This document shows, in pieces, positions 40,224 to 50,486 of a DNA stretch of 64,000 bases (positions are counted from its first letter, which is position 1; every line of letters starts with the position of its first letter). The stretch comes from an uncultured Spirochaetota bacterium (GTDB lineage: Bacteria > Spirochaetota > Spirochaetia > SZUA-6 > CAVTHK01), in NCBI GenBank assembly GCA_963734495.1, contig CAVTHK010000010.1, forward strand, positions 256,001 to 320,000. The letters are read 5' to 3'. The position numbers and the translations under genes are program-made. The notes under the pieces are model-generated. The model worked only from the letters and a program-made list of their open reading frames with translations, had not been told where the DNA came from and searched no databases.

Positions 40224-41212
40224 TCACGTCACCAGGACCAGCGACCCCTCGACTTCGCCGGAGCGCAGCGCGGCCAGCGCCTCGTTCGCGCGGTCGAGGG
40301 CGAACGTGCGCACCGTCGTGCGCACGGGCACGCGGGGAGCGATCGACAGGAACTCCTCGCCGTCGCGCCGCGTCAGGTTCGCGACCGAGCGGATCACCTT
40401 CTCGTTCCAGAGGTCGGAATACGGGAACGAGGGGATGTCGCTCATGTGGATGCCCGCGCAGACGACGGTCCCTCCCTTGCGCACGGCCTTCGACGCGGCC
40501 GCGGGCACCAGCGCGCCGACCGGGGCAAAGATGATCGCCGCGTCCAGCGGCTCGCGGAGGCGGCTCGTCCGATCCGCCCGCCCAGACGGCCCCGAGGCCG
40601 CGGGCGAACGCCGCGGCGCGCGAGTCGCCGGGCCGCGTGAAGGCGAAGACCTCGCGCCCCTCGAACCGCGCGACCTGCAGGACCATGTGAGCCGCGGAGC
40701 CGAACCCGTAGAAGCCCAGCCGCTTCGCGTCGCCGGCGAGTCGCAGCGCCCTGTACCCGATGAGCCCGCCGCAGAGCAGCGGCGCGGCCTGCAGGTCGGG
40801 GTAGCCTTCGGGGATCGGGAAGCAGAAGCGTTCGTCGGCCACCGCCTGCTCGGCGTAGCCGCCGTCGACGTGAAGCCCGGTAAAGCGCGCCTGGTCGCAC
40901 AGGTTCTCGGCGCCCGAGCGGCAGTAGTCGCAGACGCCGCAGGTCCCGCCGAGCCACGGGACGCCGACGCGGCTGCCGACCGCATAACGGCGCGCGCCCG
41001 GGCCCGCCGCGACCACCTCGCCGACGATCTGGTGGCCCGGCACGAGCGGGAGCTTCGGCGCGGCGAGCTCGCCGTCCGGCGATGTGGACGTCGGTGCGGC
41101 AGACGCCGCACGCGCGCACCCGCAGCAGCACCTGCCCCGGGCCCGGCTCGGGGTCCGGCAGGTCAGCCGGCACGAGCGGGCTGCCGGGCCGCTCGAGCAC
41201 CATCGCCTTCAT
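40224..41212 (-). CDS. Zinc-dependent alcohol dehydrogenase (AdhP-like), frameshifted
   Basis: MKAMVL..CGVCRTD, PGHQIVG, CGVCDYC..ENLC, APLLCGG and SVANLTRRDG across three frames. Confidence 0.9.
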
Positions 41213-41350
41213 GAAGGAAGCGTAGAAACTGAAGGGCCCCCGGTCAAGCTGCTCCGCGGCCGCGCGAAACGCCTCGAACGGGCGACATGTCGCGCCCCCG
41301 CGGCGGGCCGTATTGATCGGGCGCGCCCTCTCTTGGCATATTCGGGGCGG

Positions 41351-42129
41351 GTGAACGAGACACTCCTTCGACTGACCGAAGCGGACCTGCTGTTCCTCGC
41401 GGAGACGCTCGCTGCCGGGCGGCGATCGCGGGCGGATGCTGCGCGTGCTGCGGGAGGACGAAGAGATCCTGCGCGGCATGCTCGCCGACGAGCGGCTGGT
41501 CAGCAGGATCATCCGCGATGCCGAGGCCCCCGCTGCAGGTGTCGCCCCGGCTGCTGTTCGCCGTGCTGCTGAACCGCGTCCGCAGGGACCTCGCCGACCT
41601 CGGCTACACCTTCGAGTCGGCCGGGCATGCCGTCGTCTTCGACGGTCCCCAGGTCGCTTCGCTGCTCGAGGACACGCGGATCCTCGACTACCTCGTGGAG
41701 CTGCTCGTCTCCTTCGTCAGGGTCCAGGGCACGACGATCATCGTGCGCGGGCGCGCAGGGGGATCTGGCGGCGCTACCGCTTCAACGACCTCGACCTGAT
41801 GGGGCTCATACGCTACACGTCGACGCTCGAGGAGGCGATGCGTTTCCCGTGGTATCGCCGCATCGGCGACCTGTGCCTCTTCCTGACCGGCGTCTTCCCG
41901 GAGCACGTCGAATGCGGCGGGCCCCTCGCGCGAGCTCGCGAGGCAGGCGACGACGGAGAACGGCCGCAGCTTCTACCGCGCGGCCGCGAATCACCCCGAA
42001 GCCGCGCGCATCGGCGCCGCCGAGGTGCTCCTGCGCCTGGCCGAGGCCTTTCACCTCGCCGCCAAGCCGCTCGCTCACATGGTCAACAGGTACCTGGGCC
42101 CGCTGCGCGAGGGGCTGTTCTCGCCCTGA
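41351..42129 (+). CDS. Conserved-looking hypothetical protein, several frameshifts
   Basis: Joined pieces: MNETLLRLTEADL / EILRGML / VSPRLLFAVLL / RRIGDLCLFLTGVFPE / GRSFYRAAA..LAEAF. Confidence 0.65.
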
Positions 42130-42147
42130 CCGCGCGAGACGCGCTGG

Positions 42148-43300
42148 TCAGCCCACGGCCATCGCAGGATCTCGGCGACGTCCTTGGAGCCGGATCGCCT
42201 TGTGCTCGCCGAAGACCTGCCCGTCGAGCCGCTTCGGGATGAGCGCCGCGGCTTCGGCCGGAATGGAGTGCGCCTTCATCGTCGTGCCGATCCCGAGCGA
42301 GTGGAAGAACTCCTCCGTCCTGCGGATGGCGGCGTCCGCGACGCTCGCGTCGTCGCCGGAGAGGCCGAAGACCCGGCGCCCGAGCTGAGCGAGCTTCGCG
42401 CTCTTGCGCTCGATCTGGTGCCGCCACAGGCTCGGCAGCACGATCGCGAGCGTGCGCGCGTGGTCGAGGTTGTAGAGCACGGTGAGCTCGTGGCCGATCT
42501 GGTGCGTGGCGAAGTCCGTGGTCACGCCGCAGCCCGAGCTGGCCGTTGAGCGCCTGGGTCGCGCACCACATCAGGTTGGCGCGCACGTCGTAGTTGCGCG
42601 GGGTCCTTCTTCACCTTGGCCGCCTCTTCGAGCAGCGTGAGCAGCACCGCCTCGGCCTGCCGGTCCTGCAGGGGCGCGCCCTGGTCCCACGTCAGGTACT
42701 GCTCGACGACGTGCACGAAGGTGTCGGCGATGCCGTTGTTGAGCTGCCGCTCGGGCAGCGAGTAGGTCGTCTCGGGGTCCAGGATCGAGAAGCGCGGGTA
42801 GATGAGGGGGCTGCGGAACGAGCGCTTCGTGCCGGTCTCGCGGCGCGACATGACGGAGATCATGTTCATCTCGCTGCCGGTCGCGGGCAGCGTGAGCACG
42901 CTCCCCATCGGGACGGCGTCTTCGATCTCGGGCCGGTCCTTCACGATGTCCCAGGGGTCCGCGCCCTTCCAGCGCATGGCGGCGGCGATGAACTTGGTGC
43001 CGTCCAGCACCGACCCGCCGCCCACGGCCAGCAGGAAGTCGACCTTCTCCCGCCGGCCCAGGGCGACGGCCTTCATGCACGTCTCGTACTCGGGGTTGGG
43101 CTCGATCCCGCCGAACTCGAACACGGGATAGCCGGCGAGGGCCTTCTTCACCTGTTCGTAGACGCCGTTCCGCTTGATCGACCCGCCGCCGTACGTGATC
43201 AGCACGCGGCGCGCCGGCGGGGATCAGCCGCGGGAGCTCGGCGATCGTCCCCTTGCCGAACACGATCCTCGGTGGGATTGTAGTAGGTGAAGTTCTGCAT
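42148..43300 (-). CDS. Iron-containing alcohol dehydrogenase (YqhD/BdhA-like), several frameshifts
   Basis: MQNFTYYNPT, YGGGSIK, AVGGGSVLD, TLPATGSEMN and ATHQIGHELT..HARTL. Confidence 0.9.
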
Positions 43301-43379
43301 CGCCGCTCCTTCGATGTGAGCGCGCGGGCGCGTCCTGCGCCCGCTGCTCGAGTGACTGCCTCGCCTTTGTGTTTCCGAC

Positions 43380-43408
43380 AAGCTAATGATGGGTGCGCAG
43401 GGTGTCAA
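43380..43408 (-). promoter_or_regulatory. Sigma70-type promoter of the Fe-ADH gene
   Basis: TTGACA-N17-TAGCTT on the minus strand. Confidence 0.6.
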
Positions 43409-43442
43409 CCGGCCCGCCCCACACCGGCTCGCCGGGGCGGCC

Positions 43443-43594
43443 CCCGGCGAGTACGCTGGGTAGGGGTGCTGACGAAGACGTCAGCTGAGCAACCCAGCGA
43501 GTACGCTGGGTAGGGGTGCTGACGAAGACGTCAGCTGAGCAACCCGGCGAGTACGCTCGGGTGGGGGTGCTGACGAAGACGTCAGCAGAGCAAC
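43443..43594. repeat. 50-bp tandem repeat, 3 copies, each with two hairpins
   Basis: GTACGCT recurs at 43451, 43501 and 43551; unit CCCRGCGAGTACGCTGGGTAGGGGTGCTGACGAAGACGTCAGCTGAGCAA. Confidence 0.95.
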
Positions 43595-44497
43595 ATCCAG
43601 GCGCCGGCGATCATCAGGACGGTCGGCAGGATGCGGCCCGCGATGCGTTCGCGGAACACGACGCCGGCGAGCACGAGGGTCACGAGCAGCGAGAGCATCG
43701 AGGCGGGCTCGGCCACGCTCACTTCGAGCGAGCCGAGCGCGACGAGCAGCAGCAGGTAGGAGAACGCGTTGATGGCGCCGGCGGCGAGCGCGGTAAGCGG
43801 GCCTGCCCGCGCACGAGCCGCACCGCCTCGCCCGCACGGCCGCGGACGATCACGAACACGCCGAGCCAGAACGTGACCGCGGCGTAGATCGCGAAGGCGT
43901 ACACCGCGGAACCCACCAGGCGCACCTGCGAGGTGTCGACCGTCCGGCCGACCGCCATGAGCAGCGAGCAACCGATCATGAGGAGCGCGGCCCGCCGGTT
44001 GCCGCCCCCGGCGGCGCCTTCGCTGCGCCGCGGGCGTCCCGCGCTCGGGCCCGCTCTGCGTGGGCAAGCACCCAGCTGCCGGCGACGAGCAACGCGATGC
44101 CGCCGACCTTGGCCGCAGTCAAGGACTCGCCGAGAAAGATCGAGGCAAGCGCCAGCAGGAAGAAGACGTTGAAGTTGTAGAACGGGCTCACGAACGACGC
44201 TTCGCCCGTCGAGAGCGCCGCAACGTACAGGACGAAGGCGCCGGCGTAGACCAGCCCGTTCGCGGCGACGATCAACGCCGCCTCGAGCGAACAGCCACGC
44301 GGCGTCGCGTGCCTGGAGCGCGAACAGCGGCAGCGGCGCGAGAAAGACGGTCGCGATGAGGAAGAAGAGGAACGCGGCCGCGGTTCCGCTCGCGCTCGCG
44401 CCGAGCCGCTTGACGACAATGCGCTCGGCGCCCAGGAGCGCGATGCGGCCCCCGAGCGCGCCGATCGCCGAGCGCCGGAACCACGCGCCGCGCTCAC
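43582..44497 (-). CDS. EamA/DMT-family transporter, several frameshifts
   Basis: ALSTGEASFVSPFYN..FLGESLT..KVGG and ALGSLEVSVAEP..VFRE duplicated EamA signatures. Confidence 0.75.
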
Positions 44498-45200
44498 ACG
44501 CCGAGGTAGGCGGACTTGACCTGCGGGTTTTCCGCGATCTCGCGGGCGGTGCCCGAGAGCACGATGCGCCCGGTCTCCAGCACGTACGCCCGGTGCGCGA
44601 TCGACAGCGCCATGTGCGCGTTCTGCTCCACGAGGAGGATGCTCGTCCCCTGGTCGTTGATCTCGCGGATGATCCGGAAGATCTCCTCGACCAGGATCGG
44701 GCTCAGGCCCATCGAGGGCTCGTCCAGGAGCAGGAGCGTCGGCACGCTCATGAGCCCGCGGGCCGTGGCGAGCATCTGCTGCTCGCCCGCCCGAGAGGGT
44801 GCCGCCGATCTGGTGGATGCGCTCCTTGAGCCTGGGGAAGCTGGCGAAGACCCGCTGCAGCGAGCGCTCGACTTCGGTCGCGGTCGTTGCGCGTAAAGGC
44901 GCCCATGTCCAGGTTCTCGCGCACCGTGAGCGGGGCGAAGATCTTGCGGCCCTCGGGGACGTGGCTGATCCCGAGGCGCACGATCTGCTCGGCGGGCATC
45001 GTCGTGATGTCGCCGCCCTTGAACGTGATGCTGCCCGCCCTCGGGTGGACCAGCCCGGAAACCGCGCGCAGCGTGGTCGACTTGCCCGCGCCGTTGGCGC
45101 CGATCAGCGTGACGATCTCGCCGGCCTCGACGTGGAACGATATGCCCTGCAGGGCATGGATCGCGTCGTAGTAGACGTCGATGTTCTCAACCTGCAGCAA
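44494..45200 (-). CDS. livF: Branched-chain amino acid ABC ATPase, frameshifted
   Basis: GANGAGKST and VPEGRKIF; LLDEPSMGLSP and VEQNA in another frame. Confidence 0.92.
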
Positions 45201-45980
45201 TGCTGTCGGCTCCTTTGCCCAGATAGGCCTCGATGACGCGCTCGTTCTCCTGGATCTCCCTGGGCGTGCCGCGCGCGATCACCTCGCCGAAATCCATGAC
45301 CGTGATCGTCTCGCAGATCCCCATCACGACCCGCATCTGGTGCTCGATCAGCAGGATCGTGAGATCGAACCGGTCCCGGATGAAATGGATCAGCTCCATG
45401 AGCCGGATGATCTCGCGGGGGTTCATGCCGGCCGCCGGCTCGTCGAGCAGCAGCAGGGTGGGGTCGCAGGCGAGGGCGCGGGCGATCTCGACGCGCCGTT
45501 GCTCGCCGTAGGGCAGGTTGCGGACGATCTCGCCCTGGATCGCGTCGAGGTGGAAGATGGCGAGGAACTCGAGCGCCTGCTCGGTCAGCTCCTTTTCCCT
45601 CTGCTGGTACCGCCGCGTTCCGCAGGAGGCTGTCTCCCAGGCCGTAGCCCGCGTGCGGGTGGTAGGCGATCCTGCACGTTGTCGAGCACCGAAAGGTTCG
45701 CGAAGAGGCGGATGTTCTGGAAGGTCCGTCCGACCCCGAGCCGCGTGATCTCGAACGGCTCGAGCCCCGTGATCGGCTCGCCCTTAAAGGTGATCGCGCC
45801 GCCCGAGGGCTGGTAGAGTCCCGTGATCATGTTGAACACGGTGGTCTTGCCGGCGCCGTTGGGGCCGATCAGGCCGGTGAGCGAGCCGGGCGGGAGCGCG
45901 AGGTCGAAGTCCCGCACCGCGCACAGACCGCCGAAGAACTTTGTGAGGCCCGCGACCTCGAGCAGGGGCGCTTTCTCCAT
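45187..45980 (-). CDS. livG: Branched-chain amino acid ABC ATPase, frameshifted
   Basis: GPNGAGKTT and RTFQNIRLF; LLDEPAAGMNP, IEHQM and VIEAYLG. Confidence 0.92.
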
Positions 45981-45986
45981 TGCAGC

Positions 45987-47389
45987 CTACCCCTCCCCGC
46001 CGGCGGCGGCTCCGGGCTCCGTCCGCGCCGACTCACCTTTGGCGGCCGGTGTGGCTCCGGCCGCCGCCGCGCCGCCGGCGGTTTCCGGCTTGAGGAATCC
46101 CCACTCCACGTTTCCGAGCATGCCCTTCGGACGAATGAGCATCAGCAGGAGCAGCGCGATCGGGTACAGCACGAAGCGCCAGGTCGGCGCCTCGGTGCCC
46201 ATCTGGCTGAGAAGGACGCGCAGCAGCCCCTCGAGGAAGTAGATCCACCCGAACGAGGCCACGATGGTACCCGTCATGCTGCCCAGACCGCCGAACACGA
46301 TGATGATGAGGGGGTTGAAGCCCACGAGGAAATCGAATGTGCCGGGGCTCAGGAACCCGATGAAGTGGGCGTAGACTCCGCCGCCTATCCCCGCGAAGAA
46401 GCTTCCCGCCACGAACGACAGGAGCTTCGTGCTGGCGACATCGATGCCCATGGCCTTGGCCGCGGTCTCGTCCTCCCGCACCGACATGACCGCCCGGCCC
46501 GTGCTCGAGCGGATGAGGTTCCGCATGAGCACGATCACGAGCAGCAGGAACGAAAACGCCCAGAACCAGTTGGTCATCTTGGGGATGCCGATCATGCCGC
46601 GGCCGCCCTTCATCTCGGGGAAAGGCAGGATCGTGTCCGAGTTGACCATCAGCGTGTTGACGACGATGGAGAATCCGAGAGTCGCTATGCCGAAGTAGTC
46701 GCTGCCCAGGCTGAGCACGGGCAGGCCGAACAGAAAGCTGATCTCCGCGGCGAACACGCCGGCCAGCAGCACGGCCAGGAAGAACACGGCCTGTTGCGCC
46801 GCCGGCGAGTTCAGCGGCCCGGGCTGCGCGAGCGTGCCCAGCAGGGGCGCGAGCGCCGGGTTCACGATCCGGCCCGCGATGATCGCCACGTAGCCCGCGG
46901 CCACAGCCGCGATGAGGTAAAAGGTGAAGGCCGACAGCACCGGGATCCCGCGCTGGGACCGGAGCATCCGGTTCACACCGAACAGGAAAAGGGCGCCGAC
47001 GGCCACCCCGACACCGATGACGACCAGCCCGCGCGGGTCCCCGTTGATCCAGCGGTAGGTGATGTCGGCCGCGCAGTACGCGCCGATCCCGTAGAAGCCC
47101 CACTGGCCCAGGCTGAACTGCCCGTTGAACCCGTAGATCAGGTTCAGCCCCAGGGCCACCATGGTCATGGTGCACGCCTGAAAGACGAGCCCCCGGTCGA
47201 AATCCGACAGCAGCTGGAAATCCCCGAACTGCAGCGGAAAAGGCGAGCTGGCCGAGGGCGAGCGCCGCGACGACGCCGGCAGCCTTCTTCCAGAGCTCCT
47301 TCCTGCCGAGCACCCAGAGCACGCCATAGAGAAACGCGATGATGAGGGCGATCTTCACGAATCGTGCCAGCGAGGAATCCGAGCTCCAT
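45987..47389 (-). CDS. livM: Branched-chain amino acid ABC permease, frameshifted near the 5' end
   Basis: GLNLIYGFNGQFSLGQ, DYFGIATLGF, REDETAA and GGLGSMTG. Confidence 0.88.
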
Positions 47390-47392
47390 GCT

Positions 47393-48503
47393 TCAGGCCT
47401 TCTCTCCCTCGGGCTCGCCGAAGATCCCGGTGGGCCGCACGAGGAGCACGATGATGAGGATGGTGAACGCCACGGCATCGCGCATGGGCGTGGAGATGTA
47501 GCCCATGGTGAGCGCCTCGGCCTGGCCCATGATCAGGGCCCCTACGAATGCGCCGGGGATGCTTCCGATGCCGCCGAGGACCGCGGCCACGAAGGCCTTG
47601 AGACCGGGAAGGATCCCGAGCTGGCTCCAGATGGAGCTGTAGGCGATGGCGTACAGCACGCCCCCGAGTCCCGGCGAACGCGGCGCCGGTGGCGAACGTG
47701 AACGAGATCACGCGGTCGACGTTGATGCCCATCAGGCGCGCGGTCGGCTTGTCGAACGACGTCGCGCGCATCGCGACTCCGATCCTGGTCCTGCGCACCA
47801 GGAACTGCAGCACCAGCTGGACCGCGATCGACGCGAGCATGATGATGACGAGGATATTGGAGAAGGTCACCGAGCCGGTCGGCGGGGTCTGCCCCTGGAC
47901 GACCCGCGAAACGGTGCTGCCGGTCGCGTACCACGCGATGACATCGAACGGCCGCTCGTAGGGGATGAAGCGCGGCGAGAAGACGAAGTTCAGGGCGCCG
48001 AAGAACTCGAGGAAGAACGAGATGCCGATCGCGGTGATCAGCGCCGCGATCCGCGGCGCGTCGCGCAGCGGCTTGTATGCGACCCGCTCGATCGTGACCG
48101 CGAGCACCACGCACACGAGCATGGACAGGAGAATCACCGTGGCCGAGCCGATCACCACCGAGAGGCCGCGGGGGAACCCGGCGAAGACCGCGGCGGGCCA
48201 CTCGTGCAGCCGGAAGCGCGCGACCGCGTAGTAGCTGACGAACGAGCCGACCATGAACACGTCGCCGTGGGCGAAGTTGATGAGGCGCACGATGCCGTAC
48301 ACCATGGTGTAGCCCAGGGCGATGAGGGCGTACACGAAGCCGAGCTGGAGACCGCTCACCAGCATCTGGATGAACAGGCTCGGCTCCTTCACGGCGTTGA
48401 CAGCCAGGATGTAGATCGCCAGGGCGGCAATCACCAGCAGGAACCCCTGCCCGACCCAGGCCAGCGGCCGGCGCCTGCGGAACTCTACCGGTGCGGCTCG
48501 CAT
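47393..48503 (-). CDS. livH: Branched-chain amino acid ABC permease, frameshifted near 47665
   Basis: YALIALGYTMVYGIVRLINFAHG; KAFVAAVLGGIGSIPGA and RPTGIFG. Confidence 0.92.
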
Positions 48504-48544
48504 ACGAGACTCTCTCCTCCACGGGTGCGCGAGGCGCAAAACAA

Positions 48545-48570
48545 GAGGGCAACCGCACCCGGTTGCCCTC
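48545..48570 (-). terminator. Hairpin between livK and livH
   Basis: GAGGGCAACC-GCACCC-GGTTGCCCTC 10-bp stem, followed on the minus strand by TTGTTTT. Confidence 0.65.
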
Positions 48571-48658
48571 CCGTGTTCCTTCAAGATCGTCGAGGGCTCT
48601 CCGTGGGGAGAGCCGGTCCTGCGGGCGGAGGCCAGACGGTCCCGCCCGCGGGCCGAAG

Positions 48659-49843
48659 TTACGGGTTGACGACCGTCTCGAACTGAACCTTTCCGCCCTT
48701 GACCGCGAGGATCGTGGCAGACTTGACCGGGTTGTTCTGGGCGTCAAAAGAGATCTTGCCGGAAACGCCCTGGAACTGGAGCTTGGAGAGGGCATCCCTG
48801 ACCGCGGTCGTGTCGTCGACGCCGGCGTTGTTGATGGCCTGGAGCAGCAGGTTGGTCGCATCGTAGGCGAGGGCCGCGAGCGCGTCCGGGACCTTGCCCT
48901 GGCCCTTGTCGTCCTTGAACTTCGCGGCGTAGGCCTTCTTGAAGTTCACGACCGCGGGGCTCGGGTCGTCGGGCGAGTAGTGGTTGGTGAAGAAGCCGCC
49001 GTCCGACGCCTTGGTGTCGAGGTCCGAGGAATCCCAGCCATCACCACCCATGAACGGGGCCTTGATCCCCTTCTCCTTGGCCTGCTTGGTGGCGAGGTTC
49101 ACGATGTTGTAGTAGTCGGGCAGGTACACGACATCCGGCTTGGCCGCCGCGACCTTCGCGAGGATGGCGGAGAAGTCGGTGTCCTTGGCCGTGTAGCTCT
49201 CCTTGCCCACGATCTTGCCGCCGCCCTTGGTAAAGGCGGCCTCGAAGAACTCGGCGAGACCCTTGACGTAGTCATTGGCCTGGTCGAGCATGATGAACGC
49301 CGTCTTGGCCTTGAGCGTGGTCAGCGCGAACTTCGCGCCCACCGAGCCCTGGAACGGATCGATGAAGCAGGCGCGGAAGATGAAGGGCTTGGTCTTGCCG
49401 GTAGAATCGACCGTGACCGCCGGGTTGGTCGACGTGGGGCTGACCTCGATCACCTTCTTGGCGTTGGCGATCTCGGAAACGGGGATCGACGCCTTGGAAC
49501 AGACCTCGCCGATGATGTAGTGGACCTTGTCCTGGTCGATGACCTTGTTGGCCGCGTTCACCGCGGGGTCCGGGGTGCACTGGCTGTCCTCGACGATCGC
49601 CTGGACCTTGACCTGCACCTTGTTCGCGCCGGCCTTGGGGGCGATGCTCACGCCGCCCTTGGTGTTCCACTCCTCGATGGCGAGGAGGGCGCCGTCACGC
49701 GTCGAGACACCGAACGTCGGCACCGGGCCCGACAGCGGCGCCAGGATCGCGGCCTTGATGACCTTCGGGGCCGGGGCGCCGCACGCACTCAGCAGGAGTG
49801 CCGCGACGAGCAGGGCGCCGATGAGCCTGAGTACTCGATTCAT
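48659..49843 (-). CDS. livK: Branched-chain amino acid ABC substrate-binding lipoprotein
   Basis: Lipobox LSAC; APLSG, SPTSTNP, FRACFID, GGDGWD and ALAYDA. Confidence 0.9.
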   Translation of the reverse strand: MNRVLRLIGALLVAALLLSACGAPAPKVIKAAILAPLSGPVPTFGVSTRDGALLAIEEWNTKGGVSIAPKAGANKVQVKVQAIVEDSQCTPDPAVNAANKVIDQDKVHYIIGEVCSKASIPVSEIANAKKVIEVSPTSTNPAVTVDSTGKTKPFIFRACFIDPFQGSVGAKFALTTLKAKTAFIMLDQANDYVKGLAEFFEAAFTKGGGKIVGKESYTAKDTDFSAILAKVAAAKPDVVYLPDYYNIVNLATKQAKEKGIKAPFMGGDGWDSSDLDTKASDGGFFTNHYSPDDPSPAVVNFKKAYAAKFKDDKGQGKVPDALAALAYDATNLLLQAINNAGVDDTTAVRDALSKLQFQGVSGKISFDAQNNPVKSATILAVKGGKVQFETVVNP

Positions 49844-49933
49844 ACCGTTTCTCCCTTCTCTGGTCTTGCCTCTCCGCGGCCCGCAAAGGCCGATCCGGTG
49901 GGCATTTCCGTGCATCGCAGGATGCTGCTCGCG

Positions 49934-49963
49934 ACTATACAAGCCGCCAAACACCGTTGTCAA
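49934..49963 (-). promoter_or_regulatory. Sigma70-type promoter of the liv operon
   Basis: TTGACA-N18-TATAGT; the -35 box overlaps the upstream gene's stop codon. Confidence 0.55.
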
Positions 49964-50394
49964 TTGCTTTTCGAGCCAGCCGCCTGCCTCGCCGCGGAGG
50001 CGCCCATGAACAGGTTCCTTACGTCGGGCTGCTCGAAGTACCAGATGAGGACCGCCGAAAGCGACATCGAGACCAGGGACACCACGATGTGGACGACGTC
50101 CAGCCGCTGCACCCCGCCCACGACGACCGTCGCGTGGGGCATGAGCATCATGAGCTTGCTGATGATGCTGAAGCCCTGGGCGAACGAGAAGAGGTACCAG
50201 GGCCACGGAGCGGCCGAGCCCCGGAACAGCACCTGCACCGCCGAGACCAGGGCGAGCGCGGCCAGCAGGGCGGGCAGCCACCACTCCTGCGACGTCAGCG
50301 CGTAGGCGCCGGGCCGCAGCGCGATGACCGGGAGCAGCTGCAGCGCGATGACGGCTCGCGCCGCACCACGCCGCAGAAGGGCCTGACGCAGCAT
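49960..50394 (-). CDS. Hypothetical membrane protein (about 4 TM)
   Basis: Four hydrophobic segments; GAGGGGG RBS-like element upstream. Confidence 0.7.
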   Translation of the reverse strand: MLRQALLRRGAARAVIALQLLPVIALRPGAYALTSQEWWLPALLAALALVSAVQVLFRGSAAPWPWYLFSFAQGFSIISKLMMLMPHATVVVGGVQRLDVVHIVVSLVSMSLSAVLIWYFEQPDVRNLFMGASAARQAAGSKSN

Positions 50395-50486
50395 CGCACC
50401 CCCCTCTCGGACGGACTTCGCGCGATCATAGCTCCGGCAAGCGGGGCTTGTCGAGCAAGCGTGCGCGGCCGCGGCTCCGCGCGCCT

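Noticed and set aside
43443..43594. CRISPR array or type III toxin-antitoxin RNA
   Set aside because: Units are contiguous with no unique spacers, no cas gene is in the window, and no toxin-like ORF follows the array.
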